The notes below the pieces were generated by a model. The model was not told the origin of the DNA and ran no database searches. It saw nothing but the letters and a program-made list of their open reading frames with translations. DNA of 64,000 bases from an uncultured Patescibacteria group bacterium (GTDB taxonomy: Bacteria > Patescibacteriota > Microgenomatia > UBA10105 > UBA927), in assembly GCA_937921305.1 (NCBI GenBank), contig CAKZSU010000003.1, positions 116,599 through 180,598 of the forward strand, written 5' to 3'. The stretch's first letter is position 1. The number at the start of each line of letters is the position of its first letter. A program made the position numbers and the translations under genes. This document shows, one piece after another, positions 30,530 through 39,200 of the stretch.

Positions 30530-31336
30530 TCATTTTATAAAGTTTCTATGTATTATTTTAAAAAAAGCAAAGAAATAAATCGAAGATATATATAAAGAGA
30601 AAATAACATGAGCCCTAAAACCTGCCCAACCATCAAGAAAACCTTTACCCCTGAAATAACCACTAAAAAATAGTGAAATGAATTTCGTTAATCCTAAGTA
30701 AAGAAGCCTTAATAAATTAACTTCTTTTTTTGCTAATTCATCTCCTTCAATTTGAATATAAGTTAAAAAATTTTTAAAGTCTAAAAATCTTGCATACTTG
30801 GAGTTTCTTGAAAAATGCAGTATATCTAAGTTTTTATATGCTGTTAGATTATCGGGAATATCTATATGAGGATGTATTGGATTATAGAAATAATAACCTA
30901 TATTTTGAAATAGTCTTAATTGAAAATCTGGATAAAATAAACCATATCTAAAATACTTGCCTTTTCTATAATAATTTCTTCTTGAAAACCAATAACCTAA
31001 TATATTATTGTTTTTTATTAATTTAGGAGTTTCTTTTATTAAATCTTCACTCAATGACTCATCTGAGTCTAAAAAAAATATCCAGTTATACTTCGCATTC
31101 TTCAATCCAATATTTCTTAATTCAGAGTGATTTAATTTAGTATCAACCTTTATTATTCTTATTTTAGAGTTACTTTTTAAATTTGATGATAATATTCCTA
31201 TAGTACCTAAGCTTTGAACTATTATTATTTCACTACAGAAATTCATAAGAGATTTTATTGAATTTTCAGTTAAAAGATCATACACGTGAGTAATAATTAT
31301 TCCTGTTATTTTTTTTTCATGAATTTTTTTATACAT
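30530..31336 (-). CDS. family 2 glycosyltransferase in a strongly AT-rich segment
   Basis: GT2-like N-terminal half (IIITHVYDL...FFLDSDES). Local GC is far below the window average. Confidence 0.6.
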   Translation of the reverse strand: MYKKIHEKKITGIIITHVYDLLTENSIKSLMNFCSEIIIVQSLGTIGILSSNLKSNSKIRIIKVDTKLNHSELRNIGLKNAKYNWIFFLDSDESLSEDLIKETPKLIKNNNILGYWFSRRNYYRKGKYFRYGLFYPDFQLRLFQNIGYYFYNPIHPHIDIPDNLTAYKNLDILHFSRNSKYARFLDFKNFLTYIQIEGDELAKKEVNLLRLLYLGLTKFISLFFSGYFRGKGFLDGWAGFRAHVIFSLYISSIYFFAFFKIIHRNFIK

Positions 31337-31406
31337 AAACTAATAAGAAATTTTGAAATTGTCTTTTAATCTTTTTTTCATCTTCAAATTTTATAATTAA
31401 AGATTT

Positions 31407-33687
31407 ATGAAAAAGTTAATACTAAAATTAATAGCTTTAGTTATAATTTTTAATTCTTTTATTTTTTTAATTTTTCAAACTAAATTAAAAGCATCATCAA
31501 ATTTTGTAAAGCATGCTAATAATCCAATAATATCATTTTAAAGCCTACAACCTTCAGTTATTTACTCAAATAATAAATTCTTAATGTGGTTCAATTCAGG
31601 AGGAAGTATTTATTATGCAACATCTACTGATGGAATTAACTGGGAACTTTACGCCGGTAATCCGATATTAACTCCAGATGGTAATCCAAATGAACAATAT
31701 ATTACTGAGCCAAAAGTTATATACGATGAAGGAGTATATAAAATGTGGTATACGGCAATACCATCCTCGAATGTTTATTACATTAGATATGCAACATCAA
31801 GTGACGGAATAAATTGGATAAAAAGTAACCAAACTGTGAATTTACCTCAACAACAGTGGGAAGGACCATCAAGAGCTTATCCAATGGTTTTAAAAGTAAA
31901 TTCGGAATATAAAATGTGGTACACAACAAATGATGGAAGATAAGCTATGCCACATCAAGTGATGGCATAAATTGGATACCATATCCTGCAAATCCAGTTT
32001 TAATTGCTGATCAACCTTGGGAAGGTAACGATGTGGCCGGTGCAAGCGTCATATTTAATGGAGAAAATTATGAAATATACTACGCATCTTCAGGAAAGAT
32101 ATCTTATGCAACTTCTACTGATGGAATTAATTGGTTTAAACAATCAGATAAAAATCCAGTTATAGGACCAAGTGGTGGATGGGATACAAATCAAATAGCA
32201 CCAAGTGCAATAAAATTACAGAATGGAACTACATTGTTGTACTTTTCAAGTTATGGAGAAGGACTATGTAGAATCAGCCTAGCGTATAATGGGCCGATAG
32301 AAGCACCGACACCTACACCAACCACCTCCCCCACCACCTCCCCATCACCCACGCCAACACCCTCTTCATCCCCAACGCCATCGCCTATCACAACGCCGAC
32401 AGCCACTCCGACGCCAGCGCCTGTTACAAAAGCTATTATTATTCCAGGATTTGGAGCAAGCTGGAACAGAGACGCGTTGCTTGAATGCAAGTCAGAAAAT
32501 TATGCTGAGGCATGGACGCTGAATGATCTTGCCGAAGATATCTATCGTCCAATTCAAGCATCGCTTTCAAACAACAATATAACACCAATGCTATTTGCCT
32601 ATGATTGGAGAAAAGATGTGCGAGAAACATCTAGAGCGTTGCAACAATTTATCGAAGCAAACACGCTTGAAAATGAACGCGTCCACATTATCGGGCACAG
32701 CATGGGAGGACTCGTTGCTCGAGCGTATCTTGAACAAACTATGAACAACAACAAAGTTAGTTCGCTTGTAACTGTTGGCTCTCCACATCAAGGAGTAGCG
32801 TCTGCCTACGCGGCATGGTCCGGAGGGGAAATTTGGAGCAACGATCTTCTTTTCAAAATTTACCTTTCTCTACTCATGAAACGATGTCAACTCAAACAAC
32901 GAATCCCTATTGCAAAAGACGCGGTGCAACAATTTGTCCCGTCAATACGGAATATGCTCCCCACATATGACTATCTTATCAATCATCAAACCAATCAAAT
33001 CATTCCCGTGCATACCATGATCGATCAAAACAATTGGTTACCGAACAATGCGTTCAATGCTCCATTTTACTCTGTATCGATAGGATCAGTATCAGGAAAT
33101 GGATTCCAAACGCTTGAAAAATTCGCGTGACACGAAGAAATAGCATAGATGTTCTCTTTGGTCGATGGAAAGACGGACGACCAGTTCGAAGAATTTACAC
33201 AAATCACGGAGATGGTGCAGCGCTTGCTCAAAGCAGCTTCATACCGAACGCCAATCATCGCACTTTGCAAAAAAACCATACGGACATCATCAAATCTCAG
33301 GAAGGAGTGAGCGCGATTATGGCGTTGCTTGGATTACAATCGTCATCACTGCAAACATTACATATGGCATCGGAACATCAAGATTCAGAGCCACAGTCTG
33401 CTATTGTGATACTCAACGAAAACGGCGATGTATCGTTCATGGAAGAAAACAATCATCTCCAGCGAGGAAAAGATCCATCGATGCTGATCATCGTGAATCC
33501 AAAAAATAAAGAATATAGAATGCGATTCTCGTCACGCAGTAACGCGTCTCGAATTTTTATCGGGCAGTTTCTACCCGAAGATACGATTGTATGGAATGAA
33601 TATACAATCAGAGGAAGTGGGACAAAAAGAGCAACATTTAAATTCAGAATGGAACAACCATCGCACAATCGCCTGTTTGTGGAATAA
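31407..33687 (+). pseudogene. disrupted gene for a secreted BNR/Asp-box beta-propeller / Pro-Thr linker / lipase-like alpha/beta hydrolase fusion protein
   Basis: A signal-peptide ORF (MKKLILKLIALVIIF..., 31407-31538) is ended by an in-frame TAA at 31539-31541. The same frame continues into repeated Asp-box blades (YATSTDGINW four times). A -1 frameshift at ~31935-31940 and a further +1 shift at ~33127 follow. The downstream alpha/beta hydrolase has a GHSMGG nucleophile elbow and a HGDGAA Asp region. Confidence 0.65.
32305..32425 (+). repeat. low-complexity Pro/Thr/Ser linker coding region
   Basis: Encodes PTPTPTTSPTTSPSPTPTPSSSPTPSPITTPTATPTPAP. It coincides with a jump from AT-rich to average GC within the same gene. 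Confidence 0.6.
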
Positions 33688-34256
33688 CAAACATTTTTAA
33701 CCTAAATGATACATATATAAGAGAAATGATATTCGAAAAAACCGCTAATAACCTTGAACCTATATCTAATTGATATTGCTAAAATAGATCTTTAAGTCTT
33801 CTATCCCTCATGCTACTGAAGAAGATGCTTGCTTGCTTTTTGTGTGAATTCCATTAAAAAAGTCAAACAATACATATATGATATCAAAAGAAACAAGCAG
33901 ATAGCCGATCTTTGCTTACATAATATAGAAAGATCATAATCTTTAAGTGATGTGAATTTTAGTTTGAACTTATAGCGATGTTGATGTTGTGGATTCCATG
34001 GAAGAAATGGTTCGAAAAAATCTTAAAAAATCAAGAGAAGTAAATGAATACATAAGGAAAAAATGTAGATGATGAATGTATATCAAAAATTGAAGAAATA
34101 CGCTTAATGAGGTATTCATCGAAGTCCTTTTTACTAAGGAAAACTAAACACAAAAATTGTTAAGATAAATGATTATAATTTGATTTTTTGCAGAAAAAAC
34201 AATCAACGCATCGTTTTAATCCAAATAAGAATGCAAGGGACAACGAAATTTGGCAA

Positions 34257-34616
34257 TTACCAAACAAATAAAGAAATGAATTGTTTGACTGAAAACAGAA
34301 GGTTGTTTTGAGGAAACCAGTCAAGTCCAAGCATCATTGAGAACATCCATGCTGCCACAACAAGAACGACAACAAGGCTCACCGTAAGATATTTCTTCAA
34401 AAAGAAAGATGATGCCGCGACAATGATGCATGCGATACCGTAGAGCGGAATAAAATATTTGAGAATCAAAACATAGTGACTGTATAAAAAAGCTAAATTG
34501 TGCACGGTGTTCTCAAATATCGAAGATACTACAGAAAGCAAGAAATACAATAAAGTCTGAATGAACTGAACTGAAGCAAGCGGAATAAGAAGAGCGAAAA
34601 GCGTTTGAACAAGCAA
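34257..34616 (-). CDS. hypothetical small membrane protein (4 TM)
   Basis: 119 aa, four hydrophobic helices, no known motif. Confidence 0.35.
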   Translation of the reverse strand: MLVQTLFALLIPLASVQFIQTLLYFLLSVVSSIFENTVHNLAFLYSHYVLILKYFIPLYGIACIIVAASSFFLKKYLTVSLVVVLVVAAWMFSMMLGLDWFPQNNLLFSVKQFISLFVW

Positions 34617-34665
34617 ACGACGATGCTGATAGACAATACTTTTTTGGCAGGCTTCATAGATTGTG

Positions 34666-34739
34666 TGGACTTGAGAGGATTCGAACCTCTGACCTTTGCA
34701 ATGTCAATGCAACGCTCTAACCAACTGAGCTACAAGTCC
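34666..34739 (-). tRNA. tRNA-Val (anticodon GAC)
   Basis: The reverse complement gives acceptor GGACTTG/CAAGTCC, D-arm GCTCAGTTGGTTAGAGC, anticodon stem TTGCA/TGCAA with loop TTGACAT, and T-arm AGAGGTTCGAATCCTCT. Confidence 0.8.
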
Positions 34740-34993
34740 TTTAATATATCATCATTATGATGATTAGAGCACATTACTAACGTTACCGAACTCATTAAAT
34801 ATCTTGCATTTGCTCGTAAACATGTTCTTCTTTATTTTTTAATTGCTTTTTGCTTATAAGATTATATCGGATAGACACATTTGATATAAAAACTTTTTCA
34901 GCTGATCATGCAGTTGTAAGAAATTTACTGATCTATCACATTAACTCTGGTATTCTCATTGACCATTTTGATTATATCACCTACACTAAAAAT

Positions 34994-35560
34994 ATGGAAA
35001 TTGTCAAAAAATTAATCGCGTGGATTTTCGATTTTCTTCAATCTATTGTGGTTGTCATGGCGATCCTTGTCATGATTTACCTCTTCATTATTTCTCCTCA
35101 AGAAATTAGCGGCGATTCCATGTTTCCCACATTTAAAAACGGCGAATATATTTTAACCAATAAAGTGGAATATAAATTGCATGAACCGCAACGAGGCGAT
35201 GTTATTGTCTTTAAATCTCCAAAAAATAAAGATATTGACTACATTAAACGAATTATAGGAATTCCCGGAGATACAGTTTCGTTGCGAGATGGCAAATTTT
35301 ATGTCAATGGCGAACTCCTCGATGAACAGTATCTTCCACCATATATCTACACCTTCGCTGGATCATTTATGAAAGAAAACATGGAAGTAACGGTCCCTGA
35401 GGGATATTACTTCGTCGTTGGCGATAATCGACCGAATAGTTTAGATTCGCGAGAATTTGGATTTATCCCAAAACAAGATATCATCGGAAAAGCGTTCTTC
35501 AGATATTGGCCATTTGAACGAGCGGGATTAATTAAAAATCCAAATGTGGAGAAAAAATAA
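34994..35560 (+). CDS. lepB: signal peptidase I
   Basis: SPase I boxes: GDSMFPTF, RGDVIVF, KRIIGIPGD and GDNRPNSLDSR. The ATG at 34994 (MEIVKK...) is preferred over the listed upstream start. Confidence 0.85.
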   Translation: MEIVKKLIAWIFDFLQSIVVVMAILVMIYLFIISPQEISGDSMFPTFKNGEYILTNKVEYKLHEPQRGDVIVFKSPKNKDIDYIKRIIGIPGDTVSLRDGKFYVNGELLDEQYLPPYIYTFAGSFMKENMEVTVPEGYYFVVGDNRPNSLDSREFGFIPKQDIIGKAFFRYWPFERAGLIKNPNVEKK

Positions 35561-35564
35561 GAAA

Positions 35565-36398
35565 TTATTGTTCGATCGTTACTAGGGTCTCGTTGCCGAT
35601 TCTTTCTCGAATCTGTCGCAACACTCGACTTGTGCTCGTTAGACTTCCCCTAATGATAAACGTAACCCTTGCTTCAACATTTGACTGCGTAATTTTTACC
35701 ATCCCATTGATCGCCTTTGCCATATCTTTTGCCATCACCTCAAGTTCATCGCTGTGAATCCGTTCCACTCGTTGCAACGGCTTTTGTCCATATTTGCTCT
35801 TTAATTTTCTTGCCAGATCTTCCGCGCCTCGAACAGAAATATTATCAGCGAGAATCATCTTGTACGCGTCTACCATGATTTTTGGATCTACAAGACCGGC
35901 AATCGCTCGCGCGTGCCCTTCTGAAATCGCTCCGGAAACCAACCCATCTTTGATCGCGTCCGGTAAAGCGAGCAAACGCATGGTATTCGACACATACGAT
36001 TCGCTTTTCCCAATTCGTTTCGCAATTTCAGACACTTGAAGTCCAAATTCTTCAACGAGTCGTTGAAACGCAAGAGCGCGTTCAATTGGATTCAGATCTT
36101 CTCGTTGCACATTCTCCACGATTGCCATCTCGAGCATGCCTCGAGAGGTCGTTTCTTTCACAATGACAGGAACAGTGGTGATTCCCGCGATCTTTGCCGC
36201 TCTCCATCGACGTTCGCCAGCGATGATTTGATACCCTGCAGGCGTCTTTGCCACAACAAGCGGTTCAATAATCCCGTGTTCTTTGATGGAAGAAACAAGA
36301 TCTACTAATGAGTCAGTAGTAATCAATCCTCGAGGCTGAAGAGGGTTCGGCTCTATAACATCTATTTCTAAAAAAAGAACCTGTTGATTGGCAGACAT
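35565..36398 (-). CDS. parB: chromosome partitioning protein ParB/Spo0J
   Basis: ParB box (GIIEPLVVAK...YQIIAGERRWRAAKIAG) and an HTH. Confidence 0.85.
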   Translation of the reverse strand: MSANQQVLFLEIDVIEPNPLQPRGLITTDSLVDLVSSIKEHGIIEPLVVAKTPAGYQIIAGERRWRAAKIAGITTVPVIVKETTSRGMLEMAIVENVQREDLNPIERALAFQRLVEEFGLQVSEIAKRIGKSESYVSNTMRLLALPDAIKDGLVSGAISEGHARAIAGLVDPKIMVDAYKMILADNISVRGAEDLARKLKSKYGQKPLQRVERIHSDELEVMAKDMAKAINGMVKITQSNVEARVTFIIRGSLTSTSRVLRQIRERIGNETLVTIEQ

Positions 36399-36406
36399 GA
36401 TGCTAC

Positions 36407-36661
36407 TTACGGTTTAGGAACAACAGAAACAATCTGCTTTCCCAATCGTTGAGAAAATTTGACAATTCCTTCCACTGTCGCAAAGATTGTGTAATCTTTT
36501 CCTATGCTTACACCTTCTCCAGGATGAAATTTCGTTCCTTTTTGACGGACAATAACGTTTCCTGGAATAGCCATCTGTCCGCCAAAAATTTTCACGCCTA
36601 ATCGTTTTGAGCGAGAATCTTTATTTCCTTTCGCAACACCGCCTGCTTTGACATGAGCCAT
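36407..36661 (-). CDS. rpmA: 50S ribosomal protein L27
   Basis: [28 protein letters not shown]. Starts at the ATG at 36661 with no N-terminal extension. Confidence 0.9.
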   Translation of the reverse strand: MAHVKAGGVAKGNKDSRSKRLGVKIFGGQMAIPGNVIVRQKGTKFHPGEGVSIGKDYTIFATVEGIVKFSQRLGKQIVSVVPKP

Positions 36662-36663
36662 AG

Positions 36664-37812
36664 TTAGACACTCCGGAATAAATAAAACGCTCGTTTTACA
36701 AATGCTTGTGGACGAGCGTATATCCACGGTCCATCTTCTACACTATACCCTAACCTTTCACACCTGTCAATGACCTTTTTCACAGTTAATTCGTTACCAT
36801 TGAACGACACAATGGGGAATGCCATAATAATAAGCCCTTCAGATTTTACTACTCTTTTCCACTCTTTTAGGCATCCAATATACAATTTCTCTAATCCTTT
36901 CAGCATGTTCTGAACTTTTTTGAAATCATGTTGATCGACAAGCGCAAGAGACGGATCGCCTAAGAATGGCTCGGTAACTATCGCGTCAACGCTTCCTTCT
37001 TGAAGAATGTCGGCAATATGCGTTGCGTCGGCATGATAAACTTGGTATTTTTCAGAAGATATACTATAGGTTTGAGCAATCCATCGAAGATTTTCTTGAG
37101 CATTATTGATAACTTCCCGAACAATATCAACGCCAATCACACACCATCCTTCAAGCATTGCCTCGGCAAGAATCGTTCCCATACCGCAAAACGGATCAAG
37201 AAGCGTTGGATCTTTAGACATTTGCTTTGCGGAAGACGCGATATTCACGATCATGCGAGCAACTTTTGGAGGGAGCATCCCGCGTTTCGCGTCAGCGCGA
37301 GGTCTGCCAAAATCTCGCACGCTCCACGCGTCAACATCTTGTGAAACGATTGTTTGAATAATCATCGTCGACTCTTTCCGAGGAATAAAAAGATATTCCG
37401 TAACACGGTGATCTCGCATAATAATAGCGGACAACGGTTCATTGTTCGGATTAAAAATATATCGAGAGGAAATTCCTTGAGTTTTTAACGCATCTTTTAC
37501 TTCTCGAGAAAATGATTGAGAAAATGAATGATCGCCAAGATGAGAAAGCGTGAATGTTATCGATCGAGGATTGCTTCTCGCAAGATATGTAGCAATACGA
37601 TCAGGAGCAATAGACGATTCTTCCGCAATGATAGTTCCAATTCGCACCGTCCCGCCAAGCCGCCTGATGAGAAGTTCAGGATCTGCGTCTATTGATGTAA
37701 CAGCAACGCGAGGATGAACCAAATCAATTGATGAATGAGGAAAAAGATATCGAAGTTCAGCAAACGCTAGCGCTGGTGTTCGCCCAAAAACAAACACCAT
37801 TGGAGATATCAT
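36664..37812 (-). CDS. THUMP-domain class I SAM-dependent RNA methyltransferase (Trm14/RlmL-like)
   Basis: [13 protein letters not shown] motif I and an N-terminal THUMP-like region. It lies between rplU and rpmA. Confidence 0.55.
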   Translation of the reverse strand: MISPMVFVFGRTPALAFAELRYLFPHSSIDLVHPRVAVTSIDADPELLIRRLGGTVRIGTIIAEESSIAPDRIATYLARSNPRSITFTLSHLGDHSFSQSFSREVKDALKTQGISSRYIFNPNNEPLSAIIMRDHRVTEYLFIPRKESTMIIQTIVSQDVDAWSVRDFGRPRADAKRGMLPPKVARMIVNIASSAKQMSKDPTLLDPFCGMGTILAEAMLEGWCVIGVDIVREVINNAQENLRWIAQTYSISSEKYQVYHADATHIADILQEGSVDAIVTEPFLGDPSLALVDQHDFKKVQNMLKGLEKLYIGCLKEWKRVVKSEGLIIMAFPIVSFNGNELTVKKVIDRCERLGYSVEDGPWIYARPQAFVKRAFYLFRSV

Positions 37813-37815
37813 AGA

Positions 37816-38124
37816 TTACGCAATGCTCTCAATCTGAAGTTTTGTCAGCGATGGTCGAAAACCTTTTTTTCTTCTATATCGCGCTTTGGCTTTGAATCGA
37901 CGCACTTCGATTTTTTCTCCCAAATACTGCTTTAATACTTTCGCTTTGACTTTTGCTCCCTCAATCACCGGTTGACCGATGACGACATCGCCATCGTTGT
38001 CTTTTAGCAACACATCAGTCAACTCTATTTCAGCGCCTTCGTCATATGGTAGTCGATCAACATCAATAGTATCGTTTGGAGAAACTTTATATTGTTTTCC
38101 GCCAATAGCAACAATCGCAAACAT
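37816..38124 (-). CDS. rplU: 50S ribosomal protein L21
   Basis: MFAIVAIGGKQYKVSPNDTIDVDRL... The 103 aa from the ATG at 38124 match L21 length. Confidence 0.9.
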   Translation of the reverse strand: MFAIVAIGGKQYKVSPNDTIDVDRLPYDEGAEIELTDVLLKDNDGDVVIGQPVIEGAKVKAKVLKQYLGEKIEVRRFKAKARYRRKKGFRPSLTKLQIESIA

Positions 38125-38129
38125 AGTCC

Positions 38130-39200
38130 CTATATTATACGAATTTGCCGCGTTCTTCGCAACGACCACAATATACCAATGCCAACACATAATGAAATAA
38201 ATGAACTCCCGCCATACGAAACAAATGGCAGTGTAATGCCAGTAATCGGAATAATTCCCATATTCATACCTGCGTTTACAACTAATTGAACGCAAATAAT
38301 ACTAAACAATCCGAAACTATATAAAAAAAGCAGATCGTCGTGCTGAGATGGTCGCATAAATGGCCGAATAATTCGCCAAAGCACTATGCCATAGAGCGCA
38401 AAGAGCGCAACACCACCAACAAATCCTAGTTCTTCGATAATCGTCGCAAAAATAAAATCCGTATGGTATTCAGGAAGAAACTGAAGGTGGCTTTGCGTTC
38501 CTTTTCCTAGTCCTCTTCCAAACAATTGACCACTCCCAACAGAAATCATCGCTTGCAACGCGTTGTATCCAACTCCTTTTGGATCAAACGACGGATTAAG
38601 AAAGGTTAGAATCCGCAATTGTTGAAACGGTTCAAGCATATTCCATGCAAACGGAACAATCGCGATGCCGACACCAGCTAATACCGCAATAAACCATAAT
38701 GAAATGCCGCCAACAAACATCATAGATGACCAAAATACGCCATATACAATCGCTGTTCCTAGATCCGGCTGTTTAAAAATAAGAAAAAATGGAATAAGAA
38801 AAAGGAGTGCATGTAGAGGGAAAAAACGAATCTGCCTCGGAGAGTATCGAGTTATCGTGGTCGCAAAAAACAACAAAAATATCGGCTTGAGCAGTTCTGA
38901 TGGCTGAATTTGAATCGGACCGAGAAAAATCCACCGAGACGCTCCCCGAATTTCTGGGCTAAGATGCGTCACTGCAAGCATCGCTACGGCAAAAGCGTAT
39001 AAATATGGAGCAAGATAGATAAAAAATACTCCATCAATGCGAGAAATCGCCACAAGAAGCAAAAATCCCACGACAACAAAAACCAGCTGTTGAACGAACA
39101 ACGGAGATCCGAGAGAAAGCAAGGTAAACAACCCAAACAACGAAAGAAAAAAGAGCAAAAAGAGCGTTACCCAATCGATATCTCTAAAGACTCTCCCCAT
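38130..39200 (-). CDS. rodA: SEDS family peptidoglycan glycosyltransferase (RodA-like)
   Basis: Ten TM helices and the SEDS signature GSGQLFGRGLGKGTQSHLQFLPEYHTDFIF. Confidence 0.75.
   Translation of the reverse strand: MGRVFRDIDWVTLFLLFFLSLFGLFTLLSLGSPLFVQQLVFVVVGFLLLVAISRIDGVFFIYLAPYLYAFAVAMLAVTHLSPEIRGASRWIFLGPIQIQPSELLKPIFLLFFATTITRYSPRQIRFFPLHALLFLIPFFLIFKQPDLGTAIVYGVFWSSMMFVGGISLWFIAVLAGVGIAIVPFAWNMLEPFQQLRILTFLNPSFDPKGVGYNALQAMISVGSGQLFGRGLGKGTQSHLQFLPEYHTDFIFATIIEELGFVGGVALFALYGIVLWRIIRPFMRPSQHDDLLFLYSFGLFSIICVQLVVNAGMNMGIIPITGITLPFVSYGGSSFISLCVGIGILWSLRRTRQIRII

Noticed and set aside
31539-31541. In-frame TAA as possible stop-codon recoding
   Set aside because: TAA and TGA both terminate conserved full-length genes in this window (gatB ends TAA, murA ends TGA). 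The same gene also carries two frameshifts, so nonsense decay or assembly error is far more likely.
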